64,000 bases of DNA, from the NCBI GenBank assembly GCA_051294375.1, contig CM119265.1, forward strand, positions 23,088,099 to 23,152,098, in the 5' to 3' direction. The translations under genes were made by a program, and so were the position numbers. This stretch comes from Paraspadella gotoi. Taxonomy: Eukaryota > Animalia > Chaetognatha. The first letter of the stretch is position 1; every line of letters starts with the position of its first letter. A model generated the notes under the pieces. That model saw only the letters and a list, made by a program, of their open reading frames with translations, did no database searches and was not told the DNA's origin. This document shows positions 1 to 13,563 of this stretch, in pieces.

Positions 1-1221
1 TCCTCCTCCTCCTCCTCCTCCTCCTTTCCCCCGAAGATTACCTACGTTCTGACGTCTCCGTGATGATGTCATTGTCTTTATCACAAAGTCTCACATTGGC
101 TCACGTCATCTCGCGGCATCTCACATCATCTCACGGTCGTCTCACCCAATTCCCCAATCATCGTGACCGTTTATCACATTTACGTCTCCAATTTGAATCT
201 TTTTTTTTTCACTTTGAAAAATCGTTTCATTATAGAGTTTTCCTATTTAAAGTCTTTAGACTTAAGACATTGTTTCTTTGCCCCTTCCTGGTTTTTGTTT
301 TTTCGCTGCCATCTTTTTTAAGCGTTGGTTTCCGCTTCCAGATGATTGCTTCTTCTCTTTCGCTTTCTAATTACTTATTCCTTTACTCAGTACTCGTCCC
401 ATTTTTTTTTCAAAACGCTTTTTCAGTTCTCCTTTTACAATCACAAGTTATTTTTCTCCAAATTCCTTTTCCTATCACGAATTCCCTTTTCATTCTTCAA
501 TCATCTTTTCCAATCACCAAATATTTTTTCATTTTCATTTTCATTTTATTTTCATTTTAATTTTCATCACTAATTTCTCCTTTCTTCTTCTTTTCAATCA
601 ATCATTCCTTTCAAAACTCATAACTAATCACTAATTCTTGTACCAATCAAATTTCCGATCGCTACTTATATAATTCCTACCAATCTGTAATTCATTCTCC
701 AATCACATTTTCAATCACTAACATCTTTTACAATATCCTTTTCAATCTCGAATTCTTTCATAATCCTTATACAAAACTTCTTTCCAGTCGCCAATCAGTT
801 TTCCGAACCCAAATTCCTTATTCAATCATCCCGATTCTCCTCCTTTTCTCATTTCTTCCTTTCAATCTTTCTCCCTCTTCCTACTTTCCAATCTCTTCCA
901 CATTTCTGCTTCCCTCGATTGCTTGGCTCGTTTGCTTCCAACTTCCATGAAATATGGAAGAGAATAAGTGATCCCCTCTCTCCGAAAAAGTGCAGAGACT
1001 AGAATCTTTAAAAACGAGACTGTTCCGTTACAAAAGCCAAAAACCATTAGCGAATATATTGTAACGAGGTTTAAAAACTTCAAAACGAGGCCGTAATAAG
1101 GACGAAACAAAAAGACAGCGCTGAAGATATACTCGTGAGGCTTCTCTGCCGCCACCTGCGGCCGCCGCCCCTTGGGAAGGGTTCTTAACTATGCCGAAGT
1201 TACTAATATAGTTGACTCTCG

Positions 1222-1288
<67 letters not shown>

Positions 1289-1294
1289 CTCACT

Positions 1295-1346
<52 letters not shown>

Positions 1347-2027
1347 TCTCTCTCTCTCTCTCTGTCACTCTCACCGAAATTGTTTCGATAGACTTCGTTG
1401 TTGGTCGGTGACAAGAAAGACTTGTTTTTCGTATTCGCCTGGAATACAAACGAGAGATAAGTAAGTACGATTGACAAGATAGACTTTATTAGAATGGCTC
1501 GATTTTCCAAGAGCGCCCCGTTTCTGTTCCTCAGCCATGAAATTAATTATAATTCAAATATTTTTAAAAACCCTCATCCATAAACAATTCTTTAATATAT
1601 TGTATATATATATATAACTCTTTTATACCCTTAAACCTAACGCTTAACCTGATCTTTTGAGGTTAAAAACTTACTTATTTCTGAATTTAAGCTGAAATTG
1701 AGAACGTTCGAAAAATAAAAGTACACGGGAAAAACCGATATATATTAAGCCAAAAGAAATAAAACGATATTTTTATAAAGATTTTTTATCCAAGTTGTTT
1801 TTGTAAAGATAAACGTAAGTTTCGATTTTCCCCTCGAAAGCTTTCTCTTTCTCGATAAGGCTCAGGACGAGGCAATTGGTAAGTCTAAAGGGTGAAACGG
1901 AGAGGAAATCCCGTCTGGTAAGTTCGATGCTCAGCGGGCGTGATGGCGTCAGAGGCGTCAGCCGCGAACGCGAGTGGGCGAAGAAGCGTTAAGGACCTCG
2001 ACTGTCGTCTGGGCGAACGTCTGGCGC

Positions 2028-2073
2028 CGACGTAAACAAACCCGTAAACAAACATTCGCGTTTGTTTACGTCG
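2028..2073. promoter_or_regulatory. Cluster of three forkhead-type motifs (GTAAACAAA); the outer two form a perfect 14-bp inverted repeat
   Basis: CGACGTAAACAAAC at 2028-2041, CGTAAACAAAC at 2043-2053 and GTTTGTTTACGTCG at 2060-2073, in a GC-rich patch with no convincing ORF. The motif matches the FOX consensus RYAAAYA; function is inferred. Confidence 0.4.
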
Positions 2074-2727
2074 TCGTCGTCGAAATTAAGCGCCTCATTT
2101 TTTTTTCGTGTCATCGACGCCTCGAATCTTAAAAGGCGGCGACGCGCGGATTTTACAAATTCATGGAATTATAAAAGGTTCCATGTTTTGAGCTTCAGAT
2201 TTTTGAAGATAGGGGTTAAAAAAAAAAGAAAGACAAAGCTAACAAAATAGATTATGAATTATATTAATCCTATAATGAAGGTTAAATCATAAAAGAGACC
2301 TTTGATGATCTATAAGTTTCTCCGTTTGCTTGTATCTCTACACTTGCAAGACAAAAAACGTATATATACTTAAATACTTAAACTTACAAACTCCATCTTT
2401 GAACGCTGAACATAAATGCATAATTTTAATCCAGGAAATTCAAACGTTGATGACTACGAAACTCGTTAAACCCAATCTCGTTCAATCCAATTAATCCGTG
2501 ACATCAGATTTGAACGAAACTTCACATCAAAAGAAACGTGAGAAATTCCAGAAGTGAAAACTTTACATCTTTTCCTTTTCGATCGAAAATTTAATCAAAG
2601 AATCCGATTTTATTCAAACACTATTTCTTTCTTTTTTTTTCTTTCTTTTTTTTAACTTTAGATTTATCGCTCTCTGTTTTTTTTTCTTATAATTCTTAGT
2701 ATCTATTTTCTGGTTTCTCTCCTCTCT

Positions 2728-2853
2728 CCTCTGACCACCTTCCACTGCAAGTCTCTTCAGAACCGGATCTCATCCCTTCCTCTCTGATCTCATCCCTTCC
2801 TCTCTGACCACCTTCCACTGCAAGTCTCTTCAGAACAGGATCTCATCCCTTCC
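2728..2853. repeat. Short local tandem duplication (~72-bp period)
   Basis: CTCTGACCACCTTCCACTGCAAGTCTCTTCAGAAC(C/A)GGATCTCATCCCTTCC occurs twice, with a partial unit between the copies. Confidence 0.8.
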
Positions 2854-2949
2854 CACTTTTTTTTTCCCAACAGAATCGAAGTTTAATCAGCGGTAATTGC
2901 TTCGTGTCCATCCGACTATCGAGTCTCTCTATTTACCGTGTCTGGCGTG

Positions 2950-3054
<105 letters not shown>

Positions 3055-3308
3055 CCTTTGCCTCTTTTCTTTTTTCACGGCGTTCATCGTCCCGTCGAGT
3101 AGCGACGCACTTTAAATTCTCCCCCACTAATTAGCTAAATTTTAGTTTTCTTTTTCTTTTATTTATTTTTTCTCTATTTTTTTCATTTTTTCTAAAAACT
3201 ACTCGACTAGAAATTTTTGATTCAAAATTTTCGATTCAATCGGTTTTGGTTTTCGAGATTTTATCGGAAAGGAAGGAAACCTTTTTGACATTTTGAGTAA
3301 GCAATGAG

Positions 3309-3339
<31 letters not shown>

Positions 3340-3350
3340 CACACACACAA

Positions 3351-4269
3351 TCACACACATATACAAAAAACACACACCTTGATCCACGTTTCTCTCCACG
3401 TTTTATTTCTCCGAAACAAACTTTTATTTTCTTTTTTTCCGCCGCCTTTTTTTGGCGCTTCCATCGGTTTGGATCCCGAGGCGCGAAAGAGCGCGACGCC
3501 GGAACGGTTCGAGGCGACGGCAGCGGCTGCAGCGTTCCCGGTGGCGTTGGAATCGGGGTCAACGTCAGAAAGGGGCGTGGAGACAAGCGGCGCCACGATC
3601 GCGGATTCGTCTCTTTCAAAGAAAGAATTTAGTTTTTCCGAAAACAAAAATGGAGTCCTCGAGAGTTTCGAACTTCCGCTGCTCTGCAGCTTCGAAGCGG
3701 TTGACGCGGAGAGCGTAGGCAGAGCCGAGGCTGTCGAATCGGGAATAAGCTGGGAAAGCCTCGACTCGGCGAGAGTTGGAACTGAACGGGTTGGCACGGC
3801 GGGAGCGCGTGAAGCTTCGCCCCCGTTTCCGGGCAATTGCGGAGAGAGCGAACCGGATGGCATGGCGGTTGACATGGCTGATGGCAAGGTCGTGTGCGAG
3901 GCTGTTGGCGCTATAGTGGTCTTTAATATCGTTTCATTCCTTAAACTAGCGAGGTCGGACGAAGGGTCGGCGGTGCCGGCGTCGTTGGCGGCGTCGTCGG
4001 CGTTGAGTCTCGCGTTCCGTCTAAATTTATCGGCGCTCACTCGGCCTCTTTTAACCCGCGACGCGAAATCGCGAACGAGAGCCTCGCTGCTCAACCCGTC
4101 GTAGCCATCCGGCGCCGAGGAAACGCCGTCCAGCGCCGCCATGGCACCGCCCAGCGTCCCGGCGCCATCGAGCGGCGCCGCTAAACCTAAACCGGCATCA
4201 CGTAGCGATGATTTATGAGAAGCATCAAAAGCGCCGCCCCGAGATGTCGCGACGAACGTGGAAGTCCGG

Positions 4270-4304
<35 letters not shown>

Positions 4305-4901
4305 TGGCTTGGCGCCAACGGACGTCAAGTCGTTCGCTTGATTTGCTTTCGAAGTTGACGTCTCCTTCTCAGTTTTATGTTTTGTCGTCGTTGTTGTGTT
4401 TTTCCTCGTCTCCGTATTATCTTTCGTCGTCGTCGTCGTCCTCGTCGTCTCGAAATCACGCTCGTTCACTTCCGGCGTCAAATCGTAATTTCCCCGCTTC
4501 GGTGGGCGTGGCGAGAAAGCGGAAGTCAAACCGGAAGTCTTCTCAGTCATCGGGCGGCGATGGCGGGAGGAATTTTGAAGCGTTTTGGTCGTCGTCGTCC
4601 TCTTTTTCGTCGTCGTCGTACCCGGTTGTAAAAAAGGCTTTAAACCGGAAGACCAGGCGGAAATTTCCGGAGCGTAATCGGATTTCCAACGAGGAGACGG
4701 CGATGACAATGATGATGACGACGGCGACTTAATAAAAGATGGCGACGACGACGACAACGACGAAAAAAGCGGCGTCCAAGTCTCAACCGTCGATCGCTTT
4801 GGCGGCGCAAATTCGATCCGCGGCGCCGTTTCTCTTTTCGACGCCGAGGAATCCGGCGCCGCCAACGCCGCCGCTAAGACGGAATAAAAGAAGAGGCGCA
4901 T
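3351..4901 (-). CDS. Secreted Ser/Thr-rich (mucin-like) protein; large first exon, possibly spliced onward near 3446
   Basis: 516-aa ORF with ATG at 4901 and a signal-peptide-like N-terminus (MRLFFYSVLAAALAAPDSSA). It has Ser/Thr low-complexity tracts, GC-rich codons and several dibasic/furin-like sites (KR, RVKR, RR). Composition becomes intron-like below ~3445. Confidence 0.7.
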
Positions 4902-5169
4902 TGTTGTCGTTGGTTTTCTTTTATTTTTTGTTTAAATCGAGTCTTAGAGCATTCAATGAGCTGATGTTGCAAAAAAAAAAAAAGATTAATAATTAATAAT
5001 TAGACGCCGTTTAAATCACTAGGAAAGGTTTTATTTTATTTTTATTCCTAATTTAGTGAATATAGAAATACGGTATAATAGATTAAATAATGGATTCCGA
5101 ATAAATATAATGTTGAAGAAGAAATCAGTTAAAGACAAGAAGAGAGACGACTTAGAAACTTATGGCGAT

Positions 5170-5191
5170 GGGAAGGAACAGAGGGAGAGAA

Positions 5192-5226
<35 letters not shown>

Positions 5227-5635
5227 AGAGTAAAAATGAGAGATAGAGATAGAATTACGTTCCAACCAGAGAGTGAAAGAAAAAAAGATATAGAGTGTAA
5301 GAAGGAGAGATAGAGAGAGACAGAGAGGGAGAAAGATAAAGAGAAAAGAAATCAAAAAGAGAGAAAAAGAGAAGAAATCAGAGAGAAAAGAGACAAGACA
5401 AAAGAGAGAAGACAAAAGAGAGAGCGGTCCGGGTTTTGAACGCCCATGACGGAAACTGCTCCGAGTCGGAAAGCGTTGAGAGAACGCGAAGAACTAACAG
5501 GAGAGGAGGAGGAAGAGGAGGAGGAGGAGGAGAATAATTCGGACGCAAAAATATGGTGGATGGAGGAAAGAAAACTACGAGGAAGACATGAGGGGAAAAA
5601 AAGACAGAGAGCGAGTGAGGGATAACGTGAGACAG

Positions 5636-5687
<52 letters not shown>

Positions 5688-5692
5688 AGAGA

Positions 5693-5760
<68 letters not shown>

Positions 5761-5925
5761 AGAGAGAGAGAGAGACAGACGTGAAAAAAAGGCGGCGAAG
5801 AGTTGAGAAGGAAAAATGGAATTTTTTTAAAAAAAATTTTAAAGGAATAAAAATGGTTCTGCTGAAAGGAGAGAGAGAGAGAGAGAGAGAGAAGAGAAAG
5901 AGGAGAAGAGAGAGGAGAGAGAGAG

Positions 5926-5971
<46 letters not shown>

Positions 5972-5980
5972 AAGACGAAA
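5170..5980. repeat. Purine-rich (GA)n microsatellite field; similar (GA/CT)n tracts at 1225-1365, 2950-3050, 7930-8050, 12300-12495, 25790-25860 and 26570-26635
   Basis: Directly visible dinucleotide runs. They generate the spurious ER/SL ORFs in the ORF track. Confidence 0.95.
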
Positions 5981-7067
5981 AAAAAATCCGAAAATTTAAG
6001 AAATTGAGTTTCGTTTGAACAAATCAAAAAAATTTACCCCAAGGTGAATGAACTTCGAGCAAGCTACTTTGCACCCCCCCTTAAACTCCCTCGCCACAGC
6101 AACATCTCCACATTTGCCTCGCTTCCCCCGCCGTATTTTCCCGCCCCCAGCCTCTCTCTAACACGAGATTAGTGGGGAATTCGCCGTCAACTGCAAAGCT
6201 TATTATATTTTCTTTAAATCCTCTCGTGCGCTTTGGTCAGATTACGACGATTGCAAAGATATCAGGTTACGGAAAAATATCAGAGTCTCGAGAAAGAAGA
6301 GAGAGGGATTGTATTCATTGTTAGTCATTTTATCTCGCCTTAGAAATCATTTGTTTTATACATGAATTAATTGGATTTCGGTTTCTGACGTTTCTCTTTT
6401 TGTCTCTGACAATCTCTGTCTTTTTCTCTTTCTCTCTTTCTCTCATTCTCTCATTCTCTCATTCTCTCATTCTCTTTCTCTCTTTCTCTCTCTTTCTCCG
6501 CTCGCGTTTGCGACAATTTGGTTGGACCGCTCGTTAAGAAAGGAATTCGATATCAAATTTTGTTATTTATGCGACGTCAATAAATTCTTTCACATCAAAA
6601 CTAAAATTTATAAAGGGCGAGTAAAAAATGTTTGGTTGACCGCGTTTCCACCACGAAAATAATCTTTAGTCGGAAAAGGAATTAATGAATAATCAAAATC
6701 TCGGTCTGTCGCGGTTTTTGATTGTAAAAACGGCTTAAGACATAATAATCTCTAAGATCGCTTTTACGGTTATGACAATTAAAACAATCCATTTTAGTGT
6801 AACAATTCGATGTATCTAAAATAAAAAAAATAATTAAAAGCATTGTTTACAAATAAATTTATACGAAATAAAAAAAACCAATTAAATTAATTAAGAAATT
6901 GTATGAAGAATCTGTAAGGTTAGATTTGACGTAAAACGAACACTATACCCTCCCTACATTAATAAATAAATATCTGGTTCACATATCTTGACATTTTGAT
7001 TCATTCTCATCAAACACTCAAATTTTTTTAAATCTAAAACTCAAACATTCACTTTATCCATTTTGCT

Positions 7068-9433
<2,366 letters not shown>

Positions 9434-9929
9434 CTTAGGTAGAAATGGGGGTGGGGGTGGTAAAAGTTGGCAAGGGGGGGCGGTGGGGCGAGAGGGGAGG
9501 GGAAAAGGTTTTCGAGGCGATTAATAGAGGAGCCTGCAATAACAAATATTGAAATAACAAAATAGTATGCATTCGTCATTTCGTATTCAGAAAAATGGTC
9601 ATTTTGACAGACAATTAAAATTTAACTCGCCCCTAAAGAAACTCACCTGAAACTTGTTTTTTTCAACGATTTTGATTTTATGTCGGTCGGTCACTCTCTC
9701 TCGATTTTGAATTTTTCTATGAGAATTGTGCCTTCTCACCATTGAGCTCTCTGACCAGAAAAAGAGAAGCGGAAGTAATTTTCACCCGAATCGAAAAAAA
9801 AAATCACATCGTGATTCGGAAAAGAGACTGTGATTGTTCTACTTGTCTCCTCTCCGCCGCCGTCTCTCGCCAAAAATACTCATTAACGACAATCGAAAGG
9901 CAAATTAATGCGGGTCGCCAAACCGCTGG

Positions 9930-10030
9930 ACCCTTTCGACCAATAGGAGCGTCGGGCGGAGGAAATCGACCAATCGTGACGCAGGAAGTGGACGGTTATT
10001 TACGGATCGGCCTCCGATTGGTCGGATGTG
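9930..10030. promoter_or_regulatory. Putative RhoGAP promoter: three CCAAT boxes plus ETS-like CAGGAAGTG and CRE-like TGACGC
   Basis: CCAAT near 9940 and 9970 and ATTGG near 10017. It lies upstream of a likely 5'-UTR donor (CAG|GTGAGT, minus strand, ~9646) that would splice to the acceptor directly before the ATG at 9433. Confidence 0.45.
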
Positions 10031-10549
10031 AAGTAAAGTCGTCTGAAGCGGTTTTTGGTGCGACACGTTTTTATTTGGAAAAAAAAATAGAGAAAAGAAT
10101 CAACCTGGGAGTAAAATTGAGAGAGAGAGAGAGAGAGAGAAATAAAGAAAGAGATAGAGAGAGAGAAAGATTATCCTCCGGGATTTTTTGGGCAGCGGGA
10201 TTCCTATCGTTTTGTTGTGAAATTGGCAGTGAAATTGAAGTTTGACGACCCTGGAAAGAGATGGCTCTCGAATTACACTGGTAGTAGCTTCGCCGATTGG
10301 CGGAAATTAAGTCGCCAAATCCAAAGTGAATTAAGTGACATCCCGAATTCCGACTTCGCGGAATGGACGAGTTTTATTTTGGATTGTTGTTTTTTGTGTT
10401 TTTTTTTTTAAAGCAACGTTCACCGTCTTCATCATCAAGTTATTTAAAAAAGGTTTTAATGTACTTAGAGCCTTAAAATCATTGAGTCGAAGACTCTTAG
10501 TCCCAAAAATCCCATAACGCCGTTAAGGTTCCATTAACCGACGATATCT

Positions 10550-10810
10550 TCAGCGCCATAAGCCGCGTTTAAAATGGAAATTTGGCGGATAAATGGCGGT
10601 GGCTGTTGCGTGCGGAGGTGGCGGCGCGGGCATCGGTTGCACCGGCGTCGGTATGGGCGTCGGTTGCGGCTGAGGCGCCGGCGCCGGCGGTTGCGGTGAT
10701 GGCGCGGCGCCGAAGTTTCTCGCTAACGACATCGAAACCCGAAGATCCATTAACGGAGGCTCGACGGGGTTATGTCTAGAAGGGGGTCTTGTGCCAGAAG
10801 GATGTTGTAA
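10550..10810 (-). CDS. Possible Pro-rich terminal exon of an unidentified gene
   Basis: GC-rich island with an open frame ...PLMDLRVSMSLARNFGAAPSPQPPAPAPQPQPTP...FKRGLWR*. No homology recognised and no upstream exon securely linked. Confidence 0.3.
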   Translation of the reverse strand, partial: LQHPSGTRPPSRHNPVEPPLMDLRVSMSLARNFGAAPSPQPPAPAPQPQPTPIPTPVQPMPAPPPPHATATAIYPPNFHFKRGLWR

Positions 10811-12319
10811 GAGCAGAGTGCAATGTAAGCTAAATGTCTTTGGATAGAAGGGGTGGTGACATCAAGGTGTTAAGTTTTCAAAGTAATGTGTAAGACGGAT
10901 TTCCTGTAGCAATGGGATGCTGGTACCCTAAAAACTGAGAGTTTTGTGACTCGAGTGTGCCGTGGGAGAAACGGAAGGCCCGGGCTTGATGTTAATATTT
11001 AAAAACGTGTCTTCCTGGAGAGACGGCCGAAAAATTCTAGTCTATGAATAATTAGGTACCATCAAGCGTGAAAGTCTGCTAGTTGAATTGAAAGATAACA
11101 AGGAATATAAAAAAATAACTAATTTTGATTAAATAAGATCCTAAGCTTTACTGAATAGTATTTAATACGCAAAGCCTACGCAAAGGCAACGGTCAATATT
11201 TTTTTTCCGTTCTCTTCTTTCTCTTTAACTAATTTTAGCTTCTTTCCCTCTCCCTTCTTTTGTTCTAATATCTCTCGTTCTTTCTTTTTCTCTTCCTTTA
11301 GTTTTCTACCTAAAAGCCAAAAGGATCCCAAATGAATGAAAAAAAAAACATATTTTGATTCATCGTCTTTTTTCCTGCGTTGAATTTTCGATTCGATTTA
11401 AGCTACAGCGGGATCTTCCTCAAGCTTATTTCTTTTTTTCCTTTCTCTACTTACTTGGGATATAGGGGAATCGCGTTTAAGAACTTTATATTATGTAAAT
11501 TTTCCATCAGTTAAATCTGTAGTTTAACCATGTTTAAGGGTAGACTACAGCGTTACTTTTTTTTTGCTTTAGAATTCTTAATGCGATTAGAATACAGTGC
11601 AGACTGACTCAAGCGATTCCTTTCTCTTTTTTTAATTCTTTTTATTGGCTACAGTTGAAGCGTTTCTCTTATTCACTTCTAAATTCTCAACCTTAGATTA
11701 CAATGCAACCCGTCTTAAGCGGCATCTTAATCAAGGCTCCTTTATTAACTAAACCGGGGAGCGGGAGACCTCGTCTGGAATACGATATCTATCCCTCGAT
11801 TAATCACGCATATTGATGGTGAAATGTAAGAAAAAAGGGGAGAGAGGGAGACAGAGTCCGCAAAAAAGAGAGCAAGAGAGAGTGAGTAGGGGTGAAAAAA
11901 AAAATTTGATAAATTTTGTGGGGTTGTCAATCAATATTGAAAAAAAATCTCTCTCTCTCTAACAAAAAACGTTCTCTCTCCCTCTCTCTCTCTTTTTCCG
12001 ACGTGGTTTCCTTTTTTTCCAAATCGGTCCCCGGAGACGTTTCTTCCTCCTCCTCTTCTTGCTCTTCCTCCTCCCATAGGTGTCTACGTGGCTCGCCCCT
12101 TGCCTCTTTGGAATCCCGTAAACTTCTGGTCCTATTGTGCGCAAAAAGGATTTATGGTGTAATCATGGAAGAAACCTCAGGAATAACTTGCTTCGGCTCT
12201 CCTGCGTTGTTGTTGTTGTCGTTGTTGTTTTTAATGTTGCTGTTTTTACCGGTGATGGATAGAGGAAGAAGAGAGCGAACCCAGACGGAGGAAAAGAGGA
12301 AATGAGAGAGAGAGGACAA

Positions 12320-12394
<75 letters not shown>

Positions 12395-12459
12395 GAGGAG
12401 GATTCCTGCGTCACGAAAAGGCGGATAACAATGGAGGCGTCGAGGGATGCTTTTATCGA

Positions 12460-12496
<37 letters not shown>

Positions 12497-13174
12497 ACAG
12501 GCAAAACAGACAGATATATGTACATTGTTTGAAAGACGTTGCAAAACACAGAAAGATAAGAAAAAATATAAGACAAAAACCAACTTTCCGAACCGAAGCA
12601 AAAAAAGCAAAAAAAGCAAAAAAAGCAAAAAAAGCAAAAAAGCTAAAAAGGGGAAGAGAGAAAACCTAAAGGATAAAGGAAAAGGGAAAAAAGACTAAAA
12701 AAAAAAAGAAGTGAAAATAAAGAGAAAGAAAAACGGTGTACAGATACCAGCGTCGGTCAAACGAAAAGACGGAATCAAATTGAGTGGAGAAGACAAACCG
12801 ATGAAGAAGGTTCGGGGGCTTCGAACGAGGCAGTTGCTCGATGGTCGACCGTTCAGACAGTTTAATAATCATAATATATTAATAGAATAGCTATTCGGCA
12901 TTTTGTATCTTCATTCATGATTGCCGAAATTCCGAAATATGTGGACCAAAACATTAATAAAAATCTTGTTTAAGATAGTAGAAAAACAGCCGGAGTCTAA
13001 ACTGAGCCGAGGCGAGAACAATTTTTTTTTTTTTAGAATTCACCGAATTCTACGCAATGACTCAATGGGACAATAATACAAGGATACTGTTTCGGTTTTT
13101 CTCATTTCCGCTTCGTTCGCTCCTCATTCTGCTTATCCCACTCACCGGCCACGAGGTCCCCGCACCTGGAGGAC

Positions 13175-13215
13175 GTCACGTGATCACGAATCGGTTTTCG
13201 GTCACGTGATCACGA
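13175..13215. promoter_or_regulatory. Tandem CLEAR/E-box motifs upstream of the F-box gene
   Basis: GTCACGTGATCACGA occurs twice (13175-13189 and 13201-13215), ~350 bp upstream of the ATG at 13564. It matches the TCACGTGA core bound by MiT/TFE and USF bHLH-ZIP factors. Confidence 0.5.
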
Positions 13216-13563
13216 GTCCGGATTCAATTTTTTTGCCGAGAATCGACTTCGCGGCGCCCGGTCTTTTGTTTTTCCGGAATCCTTTTCTATTGTCATGGTC
13301 AGGACATGGTGAGAGAGAGAGTGAGTGAGAGAGAGAGAGAGAGAGAGATAAGATCTGTCTTCCGAATCGGCATGGGGTTTTCTATCGGCATTTGAGCTTT
13401 GATTTTTTTCCATGGCTTTCTCGATCCGTCACTGATTTATAAATCTCGACGATCCGCGTTCCAGTCACAATCGCATTTTTCCCCCCCTTTTTTTTTACCA
13501 TCACAACGGTATGAAATAAAATAATACTAAATAATACTAACAAATATTTTGAAATACTTGGCA

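Noticed and set aside
60-1510. ORFs 60-560, 862-1155 and 1028-1510
   Set aside because: Low-complexity or microsatellite-derived translations with no recognisable motif or splice support.
5056-6027. ER-repeat and SL-repeat ORFs
   Set aside because: Translations of (GA)n/(CT)n microsatellites.
11960-12300. Acidic/Asn-rich minus-strand frames
   Set aside because: Frames are broken by stops and dominated by simple repeats; no gene model could be built.
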